Part shown: piece by piece, positions 9,271 through 19,207 of the stretch
Position numbering within the stretch: position 1 is the stretch's first letter
Layout of the letters: every line of letters starts with the position of its first letter
DNA from: Candidatus Heimdallarchaeota archaeon
Lineage (GTDB): Archaea; Asgardarchaeota; Heimdallarchaeia; Heimdallarchaeales; Heimdallarchaeaceae
Direction of reading: 5' to 3'
Assembly (NCBI GenBank): GCA_030603365.1
Contig: JAUVXV010000003.1
Coordinates: 64,001-128,000, forward strand
Length of the DNA: 64,000 nucleotides
Program-made: the position numbers and the translations under genes
Notes under the pieces: model-generated
What the model was told of the DNA's origin: nothing
Seen by the model: the letters and a program-made list of their open reading frames with translations, nothing else
Databases searched by the model: none

Positions 9271-10872
9271 ATGATTCCTTGGAAGAAAAATATTGTTTCA
9301 AACAATTATATAAAATTAGTATCTGTTTTAATAATTCTTAACCTATTAACAATACAAACAATGGGAACAAACGGACATATTTCAATTTCAACCAAAATCC
9401 AAATTACTAATTCTAAAGATGTAAGTTCTTCCAACCGTTTTGAAGGATATAACTTGTTCATACTTGAACAACATAACTCCTCAACTCTTGCGTTTATAAA
9501 TCGTAAAATATTGATTTCTGATTTAGAAGGAAATGTTATTTTTGAAAGAGATGCAAGTACCAGTATTCTACTTGGTGACCAACCCATTGAGTTTATTAAT
9601 TCCACGACTATACTTTATGGAGATTATGGTGGCACCAAATTATGGAATCTAGAAACAGATGTTACTGTGAATCTGTTTTTTGGAGGTCATCACGAGATAG
9701 AAATGGACTATCTCCGGAACACATATTTTACTTTCAGCGCACATCAGATTGAAGTTAATAATACCACGTATCTTTTTGATCTTATCAATGAATATAATTC
9801 CAGTGGTCATCTTATTCGTTCTATAGATACTAGCAATTATGTTGAATTAGAGCATACCTGCCCATTTGAAGACAAATTAAATGGTTCAGTAGATATTTCT
9901 CATGCTAATTCTCTTGTTTTTGATGAAGATGAAGATATGATGTACTTAAACTGTAGAAACCCAAATACATTTTACAAAATAGACCATCAGACCGGGGATT
10001 TAATCTGGAGTTTAGGAGAATATGGTGATTTTACTATGTATGATATTTATGGTAATCAGCAAGATCATCTATTCTTTCATAGCCACAGTCTAGAAAAAAT
10101 CGATAGTAATAGATTTCTACTTTTTGATAATGATTTCCATAATCAAACTGATGCAACTAATGGAAAATCTAGATTGATGGAAATAACTATTGATGAGGAT
10201 AAAATGTATGCAAATGTGACATGGCAATGGATAGGACCAGAAGATTACTGGAGCATTTTCTGGGGTGATTGTGATATTCTTCCTAATAATAACAAATTGG
10301 GAGTATTTGCCTTTACTTCTTCTCTAGAAGGAGCTGAAGGTGCTAAAGCTGTTGAAGTAAATAATGAGGGTAATGTAGTTTGGGAACTCTCATCAACTTT
10401 AGAAGAAGGAGTACTATGTGCAATTTATAGAATGGAAAGGTTTAGATTTTCTCCGATAACATCTGCGCCAGTATATATTGAATTTGAGAATAATCAATGT
10501 TTTGAGTGGGATATATGGTATAATTTTAGATCAAAAACAAATTTTACAGGAGAATATTCCATCTATTTAGATAATGAAATGGTAGAGAATAAGAACATCA
10601 CTTTTCCAAAATTTTGGAAGTCTACCCAAGCTCAATACTATCTAGGAGATATATCTCCAGGAGAACATCAAATATCAATAGTCGTAGCAGATGAAGGAGG
10701 ACACTTGTCTAATGATTCAGTTTTTTATAATAATATAGGTTCTATTAACTTCAAAGTGGATAGAAATATTAAACTCATTCTCGGATTATCTTTAGGACTG
10801 GGGGTCCCAGTTTCTGTAGCTTTAGTTTTTACATGGTTAAAGTATTTCAGAAAAAGAGTTCCACAACGATAA
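9271..10872 (+). CDS. Arylsulfate sulfotransferase (ASST)-like protein (copy 2)
   Basis: Colinear paralog of 7537..9135 at an offset of 1734 nt. Confidence 0.75.
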   Translation: MIPWKKNIVSNNYIKLVSVLIILNLLTIQTMGTNGHISISTKIQITNSKDVSSSNRFEGYNLFILEQHNSSTLAFINRKILISDLEGNVIFERDASTSILLGDQPIEFINSTTILYGDYGGTKLWNLETDVTVNLFFGGHHEIEMDYLRNTYFTFSAHQIEVNNTTYLFDLINEYNSSGHLIRSIDTSNYVELEHTCPFEDKLNGSVDISHANSLVFDEDEDMMYLNCRNPNTFYKIDHQTGDLIWSLGEYGDFTMYDIYGNQQDHLFFHSHSLEKIDSNRFLLFDNDFHNQTDATNGKSRLMEITIDEDKMYANVTWQWIGPEDYWSIFWGDCDILPNNNKLGVFAFTSSLEGAEGAKAVEVNNEGNVVWELSSTLEEGVLCAIYRMERFRFSPITSAPVYIEFENNQCFEWDIWYNFRSKTNFTGEYSIYLDNEMVENKNITFPKFWKSTQAQYYLGDISPGEHQISIVVADEGGHLSNDSVFYNNIGSINFKVDRNIKLILGLSLGLGVPVSVALVFTWLKYFRKRVPQR

Positions 10873-11098
10873 TAGTATAAGTACGATAAATTTATTAATT
10901 CTTAGGCTTGAATCTGTAATACACTGAATGGAGGTGTCATAGACAAAATGAATGTAAAAACTAAAATTAATACAGAGCCATTTATTTGTTTCAAATCTGC
11001 TACTATGACAGCTCTAGTGAGACTATAAAGTCGATCTAATTTTACTTCGCTTAATCAATATTCATACTATAAATGGAATTTTTGTCTTAAGCCTCTCT

Positions 11099-11902
11099 GT
11101 GTATGTGATTAAAGTGTTAAACAAAGAATACCTAGAAAGAAGAGATGGAGAAGGAATAGAAGAAATATCTCCTGATGAAGCATTAGCTGAGGCTATAGAA
11201 AATGGTCTCATCGTCGATGCTCGTCAAATAATTGGTGAAGGAAAAGAAGCCTTTGTCTGCTGGGGTATAGATAATTTAGAAAGACTAGTAGCTGTGAAAA
11301 CCTATAAACTTTACAAAACTACACATAGAGGGGTCATTCATAGTACACATAGAACGAATCCTTATGTAATGATTTCACAGTTTGCGAAATTGGAATACTA
11401 CAAAAATCTAGATTTATTTCAATCAAAATTACCTGTTCCTCAACCCTACAAATATGCAGGATTTAGTTATTCCATGCAATTAATTGGTGATGAAGATGGT
11501 CCTGCTCCCTTACTAAGAGATTTAAATAAAACTTTTTTCAGAAACCCTGCTGATATTCTGGAACAATGTATTGATATTCTATATGAGATGTTTCAAGCAC
11601 ATTATGTTCATGGAGATTTTAGCGAACACAACCTAATTTGGCATGAAGACCAAGTCTTTCTTATTGATTTCCTTCAAGCAAAGAATTTTGCTCTTAAAGA
11701 TGCGGTTACCTATGGATCACCGCTGATACCTATCTCAAGAGCATATAGAATATTAAGAAAGGATTTGAACTCGATTTTACCGTTTTTCAAAAGACAATAC
11801 CGAATTGAGGTTGATTACAACGAAGTATTAGATTATATCTTAGGAGAAATTAAAGAAAAAGTTCATAGAGAGCTCGAACTTAATTTAGAAACAAGTTCGT
11901 AA
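11099..11902 (+). CDS. RIO-family atypical Ser/Thr kinase
   Basis: IGEGKEAFV, VAVK, PVPQP, HGDFSEHN, IDFLQA. Confidence 0.9.
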   Translation: MYVIKVLNKEYLERRDGEGIEEISPDEALAEAIENGLIVDARQIIGEGKEAFVCWGIDNLERLVAVKTYKLYKTTHRGVIHSTHRTNPYVMISQFAKLEYYKNLDLFQSKLPVPQPYKYAGFSYSMQLIGDEDGPAPLLRDLNKTFFRNPADILEQCIDILYEMFQAHYVHGDFSEHNLIWHEDQVFLIDFLQAKNFALKDAVTYGSPLIPISRAYRILRKDLNSILPFFKRQYRIEVDYNEVLDYILGEIKEKVHRELELNLETSS

Positions 11903-11912
11903 TCTCTTTTTT

Positions 11913-12602
11913 TTACATTTCTTTTATCTGTTTAAGTGTTCCTAGTCCGTATTCATCTTCTAGTTTAGTAAGAACTGACTCTATTCGAGCAATTTCTGTA
12001 GAAGCTTCTTCTTTAGAAATTTCCTCTGATTTCAATTGAAATTTAATTTTCATCATGTCCGCCCAAACTGCTAAACTTTCGTTTTGAGGTTCTTCAAGTG
12101 CTAATTTTGATGTTTCTTCTAATGTTTTGATTGATGCTAATACTTCATCTTTGATGAACTCGCTTACTCCAACTAACCATTTAGCCCAGAGCATAGGTAC
12201 CTTATCTCCTATCTCTTTTCGAAGTTCATAATCTCTTACTGCAGCATTGAAACCTGGTTCAATTAGTGTTTCATCAACACCATCATCTGAGTTCGGAAAA
12301 CAAAATGATGCAACATTATGATTTAACATCCCTGCTACAAGTTTTGCATCTTTACCAAGGGCATACTCAATAGCTAGTTTTGAATAAACTAAAATCTCTT
12401 TCATGGTAGTTATTTGCTTTCCAATGGGGGGCCATCCTCCACCCAATTCTTTGATCTGAATCTGTATGTCTATTAGGTTTTTCAGAATTGCTTTATCATC
12501 ATCAAATAAGTTAGAAATGAAAGGTATTATCTCCTTTTCTTTGTTATTTTTATACAATTCAAGGAACTTCTCTGCAATTTCTTTTGATTCCATTTTGTTC
12601 AA
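11913..12602 (-). CDS. Hypothetical all-helical (TPR-like) protein
   Basis: Long ORF with helical amphipathic pattern; no recognised catalytic motif. Confidence 0.55.
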   Translation of the reverse strand: MNKMESKEIAEKFLELYKNNKEKEIIPFISNLFDDDKAILKNLIDIQIQIKELGGGWPPIGKQITTMKEILVYSKLAIEYALGKDAKLVAGMLNHNVASFCFPNSDDGVDETLIEPGFNAAVRDYELRKEIGDKVPMLWAKWLVGVSEFIKDEVLASIKTLEETSKLALEEPQNESLAVWADMMKIKFQLKSEEISKEEASTEIARIESVLTKLEDEYGLGTLKQIKEM

Positions 12603-12653
12603 ATAAAAATTAGCGTAAAATTATATATATATATTCAATTTTAACAGCAAATT

Positions 12654-13472
12654 CTATCCTAGAGTGAAGAAATATATTAAGAAAAGCAAATTTCCTACAA
12701 GAATATTGATAATATAACCGATTAGAAGGAAAACAATTCCAGGTGGTAAAACCTTGACCCATATCTGTTTTCTTTCAGTTTCTTTAATCTTTTCTTCAAC
12801 TTCTCGCTTGAACTCTTCCTCCTCTTCTACTTCCACAACTTGCATAAAGTGCTTAATATTCCATTTCTCACTTTTTTCATCATATTCTTCTGAATAAACA
12901 ATATCATGTCTATTTTTTGCTTTATCCACTGGTATAAGATAACCTGACATCAACATCAAAATTTTACTAGCGAAATTTGCATTGGTATTCTCAAAGAGAT
13001 TCTTTCCCTTGACTTTTATAAACAGATTATAGAATATTAAGGGAAGTGGATAAAAAATAACCATTACCAACAACCAATTGAAAAAAGTGTTGAAAACTGG
13101 AGGAATAATACCATATACAGGTTGTAGTAGAAAGTTGAAACTAAATATGTAAACTGGTGTGTTAAATGAAAGTGCCATTATTGCTTTTGCATCAGCTCCC
13201 CCCATTACACCAGTATAATAGAGTAGTAGACCTAATATGATCCCTACTGCTACGTTGATTCCAAACATTGTTCCTACCTTTCTTGAATCTTCTGCATAAA
13301 TTATTAGAAAAATTGTTGTTAGAATACCAACTACTGTCATAACAATCCAAGGAATATCTGACACTTCTCGTTTTTTTAGATCCATAATCGAACTTATGAC
13401 AAAACACGCAATTACTGTTACTACTTGGATAATAAACATAGTAAGATAAACTGGATATGAGGCTACAACCAT
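12654..13472 (-). CDS. Prepilin/preflagellin peptidase (A24, PibD/FlaK-like)
   Basis: DLKKREVSD and GGADAKA aspartate motifs, multiple TMs, C-terminal IWV..PPGIVF. Confidence 0.88.
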   Translation of the reverse strand: MVVASYPVYLTMFIIQVVTVIACFVISSIMDLKKREVSDIPWIVMTVVGILTTIFLIIYAEDSRKVGTMFGINVAVGIILGLLLYYTGVMGGADAKAIMALSFNTPVYIFSFNFLLQPVYGIIPPVFNTFFNWLLVMVIFYPLPLIFYNLFIKVKGKNLFENTNANFASKILMLMSGYLIPVDKAKNRHDIVYSEEYDEKSEKWNIKHFMQVVEVEEEEEFKREVEEKIKETERKQIWVKVLPPGIVFLLIGYIINILVGNLLFLIYFFTLG

Positions 13473-13597
13473 TTGAATACAATTGTTTTGTTATTATAAC
13501 CTTATATTACTTTTTTTGTGATGGTAGTTGATTGGAAAACTTGAAATAAAGTAGATTTACTATAAAATTAACAGCTGTTAAACCCTGATGAATAGAC

Positions 13598-14380
13598 ATG
13601 ATTGATACAAATTTCGAAGTAATTCCAATTGAATCTTTTTCTTCAATTTCAACTAGATTGAATTCCGTTGTAGGAGAGAAAATGATTTTTCTAGCAGGTA
13701 AATGCTCAGCTGTTTTTGATGGTAGAATAAAGTCCACTTTGGATGAAGGAGACAGAATTGTAATCATTAAGAAAGATCTCTCGATATTGATGCATGGACC
13801 AATAGGAGTCAAACCATTAAATTGGCAGAAACCCCAGGCAGGACCAATTCGATTCAATGCAACAGAAGATTATCTACAAATGTTTACTCAAAGAACAAAA
13901 ACTCAGGAAGTTCTAACAATTAATTTCACAAAACTCTCATTTGTTTCTCTTTGGCATGCTTACGATGTGTCAGAGATAATCATTTATGGTGATGAAAGCG
14001 ATCTGGTGAAATATCTGGTTTCTTTCCCTGAAATAATAGAAACGGGTTTCCAAGTAATCAAAACCGAGTATAACACAGAAGTAGGACCTGTGGATATCAG
14101 AGGAATAGGAAAAAATGGAGAAACAATTATTGAAGTAAAGAAACGTAAAGCTACTCCTGCTGATGCTCATCAACTTAAGAGATACATTGAATATTTCCAA
14201 GATAAAGAGCAGAAAGATGTAATTGGTATTCTAATTGCTCCAGATTTTCCAGATAAAGTACAAAAATACCTTGATGAAAATGGATTGATTGCAAAGAAGA
14301 TTTCTTGGGAAGAAATATTCCCGACAATTAATCGTCCAAGAAGTGCTCTACTTGAGGATTTTTTTGAAGAAAAAAAATAA
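13598..14380 (+). CDS. nucS: Mismatch endonuclease NucS/EndoMS
   Basis: CSAVFDGR, KPLNWQ, GDESDL, EY.TEVGPVDI, IEVK, QLKRY, GILIAP. Confidence 0.92.
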   Translation: MIDTNFEVIPIESFSSISTRLNSVVGEKMIFLAGKCSAVFDGRIKSTLDEGDRIVIIKKDLSILMHGPIGVKPLNWQKPQAGPIRFNATEDYLQMFTQRTKTQEVLTINFTKLSFVSLWHAYDVSEIIIYGDESDLVKYLVSFPEIIETGFQVIKTEYNTEVGPVDIRGIGKNGETIIEVKKRKATPADAHQLKRYIEYFQDKEQKDVIGILIAPDFPDKVQKYLDENGLIAKKISWEEIFPTINRPRSALLEDFFEEKK

Positions 14381-14399
14381 AAAAATTGTTTTAATAACT

Positions 14400-14720
14400 T
14401 TAAGCTAACGGACCACAAGGTTCTTCTGGCATAACAATCCACATAATTATATACGCCCAGAAGGTAGCAGATCCTGTGAACAAGAAACTAAGTAGGGTTA
14501 TAACTCTAACAAGACTGATGTCTAAGTCGAAATACTTAGCTGCTCCAGAACAAACTCCTCCAATTTGTTTGTTATCAGAGCAACGAACAAATTTCTTTGT
14601 TCCAGTTTGAACCACTGGTTGTTGAACCTCGGCTTGGTCAATATTTCTTCCACATTTACCACAGAATACTGCATCATTAGGATTTTCAGTTCCACATTGG
14701 GGGCAAATCATATTACTCAA
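14400..14720 (-). CDS. Zinc-ribbon + PspC-domain membrane protein
   Basis: CPQCG..N...AVFCGKCG, then R..DNKQIGGVCSGAAKYFDLD..LVR...YII.WIVMPEE. Confidence 0.85.
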   Translation of the reverse strand: MSNMICPQCGTENPNDAVFCGKCGRNIDQAEVQQPVVQTGTKKFVRCSDNKQIGGVCSGAAKYFDLDISLVRVITLLSFLFTGSATFWAYIIMWIVMPEEPCGPLA

Positions 14721-14831
14721 CCCTCTTATGTTATTAATATATTTAAAACGTATCTATTCAAAGTGCTTTAATCCCCCCTTGTACTTAATCCAGATTAATT
14801 TTATATACAACTAAACATTTTCAAGAATATT

Positions 14832-15839
14832 ATGAGTAAAGATCCTTTCATAGTTATTAATCCTAATGCTAACACAGGTAAGTTAGGCAAAAAATTGGAT
14901 AAAGCATTAAAGTTAACAAAGGAATACATTGGTGATTTTGATTATGCTTTAACAGAAGGACCTCGTCATGAAGAAGAGTTAGCTCAGAAAGCAATTGATG
15001 AAGGTTATAAAATGTTAGTAGCTCTTGGTGGTGATGGAACAGCAACCAATATGGGTGATGTAATTGTAAATTACCCTGATGTAACACTTGGTCTTTTATC
15101 AGCTGGTTCAATGTGTGATTGGCACAAAACTCATTCTATTCCATATGATTTAGAAGATAGCCTTGCAATATTTGTTGAAGGGCATAGTGAGAAATTTCCT
15201 GCAATGAAATGTAGTGGTGATAGAACTTATTATGCGTTTGATATGACAGATGGTGGATTTACAGGTAAAGCAGCAGCAGCTGCTCATCATGAAATGAAAT
15301 GGATGAAAATTGGTGCAATAAAGTACAATTATCTTGCACTAAAATATGTTTTAAAAACTCCAAATACACCATGTACGGTGACTATTGATGATAAAAACCC
15401 TATAAATGTACCTGGGTTAACAAACTTCTTTGCAGGATTTGGGGATGATATCTCAGGATTTCGTGTTCTTCCAGGAAATCCAGTTTTTAGTAAGAAAAAC
15501 AAAGATTTGGGAATTGGTATATTACATGGAGTGAAAGGCATTAAACGAGTAAGTATGCTTGTAAAATCTATTCCAGGTAACCATTTGGGAATAAAGGGAT
15601 TTTGGTGTACTAGAGGACGAAAATTAATGGTAGAATCCCAAGATATTCCTCTCTGCTGTGAGAGTGAAGGGGAAATATATAATGAAGAAAGTATGAAAGT
15701 GGAAATTGAGCGAATTGATGACGCAATTAACCTCATTGTGCCAAAGGAGAGAGAATATGAAGTGAAATATGACGAATCATATTTCGATGAAGAATTTGAG
15801 GAATCATATACAAAAAGAAAATATGAACAGATAGGTTAG
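14832..15839 (+). CDS. Diacylglycerol/lipid kinase family protein (YegS/DAGK)
   Basis: INPNA, GGDGT, LSAGSMCD, EGE. Confidence 0.82.
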   Translation: MSKDPFIVINPNANTGKLGKKLDKALKLTKEYIGDFDYALTEGPRHEEELAQKAIDEGYKMLVALGGDGTATNMGDVIVNYPDVTLGLLSAGSMCDWHKTHSIPYDLEDSLAIFVEGHSEKFPAMKCSGDRTYYAFDMTDGGFTGKAAAAAHHEMKWMKIGAIKYNYLALKYVLKTPNTPCTVTIDDKNPINVPGLTNFFAGFGDDISGFRVLPGNPVFSKKNKDLGIGILHGVKGIKRVSMLVKSIPGNHLGIKGFWCTRGRKLMVESQDIPLCCESEGEIYNEESMKVEIERIDDAINLIVPKEREYEVKYDESYFDEEFEESYTKRKYEQIG

Positions 15840-15984
15840 ATTTCAATTTCAACTAATCTCCTTTTTTTTTAAAACAATTAAGTATTTTCTAAATTAATAA
15901 ATTCTTATCTATGTTGAAAAAAGATTTAAAAGAGTATTCTCCTAATATACCCTAACCTATATTGAAACATCAAGGAAGATCAAC

Positions 15985-16275
15985 ATGTCTGAAGACAAAA
16001 AAAAGAACGCAGTCTACATTGGCAAGAAAGGTACTATGAATTACTGTTTAGTTGTTGTTACAATCTTCAATAAAGGTGAAGAAGAATGCACTATTAGAGC
16101 CAGGGGAAGATCTATTTCTAAAGCAGTAGATGTCGCAGAAATTACAGTTAGAAAATTCTTACCTGAAATGATTGAAATAGCAGATGTTAATATAGGATCT
16201 GAAGATCTCGAAAGTGAAGGACAAATAAAAACAGTATCTACAATTGATATAACACTAAAACATAAAACATCTTAA
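15985..16275 (+). CDS. albA: DNA/RNA-binding protein Alba
   Basis: VYIGKK..MNY, IRARGRSISKAVDVAE, VSTIDI. Confidence 0.95.
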   Translation: MSEDKKKNAVYIGKKGTMNYCLVVVTIFNKGEEECTIRARGRSISKAVDVAEITVRKFLPEMIEIADVNIGSEDLESEGQIKTVSTIDITLKHKTS

Positions 16276-16343
16276 GAAAATACCTCCACATAATTAGAGT
16301 AGAGATTTTTCCTCTTATTTTACTTTAATCATTCATTGTTTCT

Positions 16344-17084
16344 TTAATGAAATACTCGATCAATCGCTGAATCTAGTTCAGGATCTTTTGTACTACCATC
16401 AAAGGCTATTACTTTGTTAATGCAAATCATTCTACTACAATAAGCTCTTAGAAGTTCAAGATTATGTCCAACATTTACAATAGTAATTCCATGGGTATGA
16501 TTTAGAAAGTCAAGTAGTTCCATGATCTCCTCAGTCATACGAAAATCAAGGGCACTAGTAAATTCATCCAATAAAAGAACCTCAGCTTCAGCTGCTAAAG
16601 CTTGTGCAATCAGTACTCTCTGTTGTTGACCTCCACTGAGATGACCTATAGGACGCTCAGCCATATAATCCATATCAACTAGTTTTAGAGCATCCATTGC
16701 TTTCTGTTTATCTTCAGCTGTTAAAGATTTAACAAGACCTGCTTTGGCATACCTCCCCATTTCTACAACATCTCGGACAAGAGCTGGAAAATTACGGTCT
16801 ATTTCTGTAATCTGAGGTACATAGCCTATTTTGAATCTAATTTCCTTTGGTATTTTATCCCTTATTTCTTGACCAAAAAGAGCAACTTGTCCGGTAAGTG
16901 GTTCAATTAGTCCAATTATAGTTTTTAATAAAGTTGTTTTACCTGATCCATTTGGGCCACAAATTCCTACGAAGTCACCTTTCAAAATATCAATATTTAT
17001 ATCATATAATGCTGCCAAATTACCATAAACAACATTTACGTCTTTAAGACAGGCTATAATCTCTGGCTTTTCCTCTTTGCTCAT
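16344..17084 (-). CDS. znuC: Zn/Mn ABC transporter ATP-binding subunit
   Basis: GPNGSGKT, IGYVPQ, LSGGQQQR, LLLDE. Confidence 0.88.
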   Translation of the reverse strand: MSKEEKPEIIACLKDVNVVYGNLAALYDINIDILKGDFVGICGPNGSGKTTLLKTIIGLIEPLTGQVALFGQEIRDKIPKEIRFKIGYVPQITEIDRNFPALVRDVVEMGRYAKAGLVKSLTAEDKQKAMDALKLVDMDYMAERPIGHLSGGQQQRVLIAQALAAEAEVLLLDEFTSALDFRMTEEIMELLDFLNHTHGITIVNVGHNLELLRAYCSRMICINKVIAFDGSTKDPELDSAIDRVFH

Positions 17085-18110
17085 TTAATCACCCTCCTGC
17101 TCATGATCATGATCATGTTTTGTGGGACTTGTCTTTGAAGGCACATCAGTTCGGTAGATAATTAATCCCTTTTCATCATGTTTATGAGGAATTTCTTTTG
17201 CAACACAGTTTTCCTCAATACAATATTTTCTACCATCAATTGTTTTAGAACAAAAATCACAATCAGCAACAACATGACCAGCTCCAGATTTTCTTCTTTT
17301 TGGTGAAGCAATGAAAGAAATAACAAAGATTATTGTTGCTACACCTACGATTGTTGAACCGGATGGGAAGTTCCAAAGATAGGAGAAGAATACTCCTAAG
17401 AATCCAGATAATACTCCAAAAAGACTTGCTAGAAAGAGCATTTTGTTCAGCTTGAAAGTCCATTGATAAGCCGCTGCTGCAGGTGTAATGATCATAGCAA
17501 AGACAAGGATTGCCCCCACTGCTTGTAGTGAAACATCTATTGTGATTGCCATTAGACCTAGGAATAGATAGTTTAGGAATTTTACTGGTATACCAACAAT
17601 CGATGCCATTTCTCTATTAAATGTAATAAAGTAGAACTCTTTTTTCAAACCAAATATAACCAATAAAACAGTTGCAGCAACAAATCCCAACAGAATTAGA
17701 TTCTCTGTTGAAACAGAGAAAATATTTCCAAAAAGAATTGAAGTAACACTTGTAGAATAAAAAGGCATCAATCCTATGAAAAGAATAGCTAGAGCCATAA
17801 AACTAGTGAAAACAATACCTATAATGACTTCATCTTTCATGACTTTTTTCTCATTTACATAGCCTACTCCTAAAGATGCAAGTAGTCCAAAAGCGATAAT
17901 TGTAATAATTGGCTCAATCCCTAATAAAATCCCCAATGCAGCTCCTGCAAATGCTGAATGAGAAATAGCTTCTCCAAGAAAAACCATTCCTTTGAGTAAA
18001 ACAAATACTCCAATTATTCCTCCCAGTACTCCAATAATCAATGCTGTAGCAAGGGCTTTTACCATAAAACCTTCACCAAGAGCTGAGAAAAAGTCTAGTA
18101 TCGAAACCAT
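17085..18110 (-). CDS. znuB: Zn/Mn ABC transporter permease with Cys/His-rich C-terminal tail
   Basis: EAISHSAFAG, ILFGNI, VGAILV...PAAAA. Confidence 0.88.
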   Translation of the reverse strand: MVSILDFFSALGEGFMVKALATALIIGVLGGIIGVFVLLKGMVFLGEAISHSAFAGAALGILLGIEPIITIIAFGLLASLGVGYVNEKKVMKDEVIIGIVFTSFMALAILFIGLMPFYSTSVTSILFGNIFSVSTENLILLGFVAATVLLVIFGLKKEFYFITFNREMASIVGIPVKFLNYLFLGLMAITIDVSLQAVGAILVFAMIITPAAAAYQWTFKLNKMLFLASLFGVLSGFLGVFFSYLWNFPSGSTIVGVATIIFVISFIASPKRRKSGAGHVVADCDFCSKTIDGRKYCIEENCVAKEIPHKHDEKGLIIYRTDVPSKTSPTKHDHDHEQEGD

Positions 18111-18143
18111 TTGTGAATATAATTTATGAGTAGTACTTTATCT

Positions 18144-18163
18144 TTTTTGTGCATACACAAAAA
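18144..18163. promoter_or_regulatory. Palindromic operator-like site between divergent metal-ABC genes
   Basis: TTTTTGTG-CATA-CACAAAAA; a second perfect palindrome TAAACATGTTTA lies at 18176-18187. Confidence 0.5.
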
Positions 18164-18202
18164 TTAAAATGAAGTTAAACATGTTTATAGTGTTGATGGA
18201 AT

Positions 18203-19207
18203 TTGTCTAAGAAGTATCATAAATCAGTTTTATTCATCTTGATTCTCATATCATCTTTATTCCTTTCAAGAACAGTATCAGCTTTTGAAGAAAACATTGG
18301 AATTAATGCAGAACCTACTGGAGAAATCAAAGTGGTAACTTCTCTCTCTGTGATTGCCGACTGGGCAGCTAACATAGGTGGAGATTTATTCAGTCCTGTA
18401 TCTATCGTTACAGGTGCAGAAGACCCACATACTTTTCAGCTATTAGCGCAAGACCAGCAATTAATTGGTAACTCTGATTTGTTTATTGTTTTTGGTATTG
18501 AAGGTCTGGAACCATGGGTGGATATGGTTCTCCAAGCTGATCCCACAATCAATGTTTTTTACTTGGCTACTGAGGATATAATTGAAATAGACCCCATAAC
18601 GAGCGACCCCAATCCACACATTTGGATGAGCCCTGTTTTAGTTAAAGATTTTGTAATCAATGTTACTGATGAAATTATACTATTAGATTTTGAACATCAA
18701 AGTGAATATGAAATAAACAGGGATAACTATCTACTAGAACTAGATTCTTTAATTTTAAAAATACAAGCAGAGAATCAATTTATCGGATTGAAAGTTGTAG
18801 TTCATCATCCTTCCTATATGTATTTCCTTGATATGTTGGGAGTTATACGAGTTGCAGTAATTGAAGAGCATGAAGGATCAGAACCTTCTGCTCAACATAT
18901 AGGAGAGGTCATAGATACCATGAAAGAAGAAAATGTATCTATAATTATAACGCAACCTCAAATTGAGGAAAAATCTATAATTCAAATTGCTCGAGAAACT
19001 GATGCAAAAGTGGCAAAGCTTACACCTTTACTTGGAATAGATAATGATACTAACACTTACATTAAGATGATGGAATTTAATCTGCTAGCACTAGCGAATC
19101 CTGAGGATGTTTCTGAAGAAGGGTGGATTGTAACAGCAGTCATAGTAGGTTCAGTATTTTTTGGAGTTATTGCTATCGTACTAGCGCTTTTCAGATTCAA
19201 GAAATGA
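18203..19207 (+). CDS. znuA: Zn/Mn ABC transporter substrate-binding protein, C-terminally anchored
   Basis: DPHTF, NPHIWMSP, VHHPSY, EPSAQH; signal peptide and C-terminal TM. Confidence 0.88.
   Translation: MSKKYHKSVLFILILISSLFLSRTVSAFEENIGINAEPTGEIKVVTSLSVIADWAANIGGDLFSPVSIVTGAEDPHTFQLLAQDQQLIGNSDLFIVFGIEGLEPWVDMVLQADPTINVFYLATEDIIEIDPITSDPNPHIWMSPVLVKDFVINVTDEIILLDFEHQSEYEINRDNYLLELDSLILKIQAENQFIGLKVVVHHPSYMYFLDMLGVIRVAVIEEHEGSEPSAQHIGEVIDTMKEENVSIIITQPQIEEKSIIQIARETDAKVAKLTPLLGIDNDTNTYIKMMEFNLLALANPEDVSEEGWIVTAVIVGSVFFGVIAIVLALFRFKK

Larger units (their letters stand above)
7503..10943 (+). repeat. Tandem direct duplication, units ~7503-9209 and ~9238-10943
   Basis: Nucleotide similarity includes upstream and downstream non-coding flanks; period 1734 nt. 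Confidence 0.9.
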
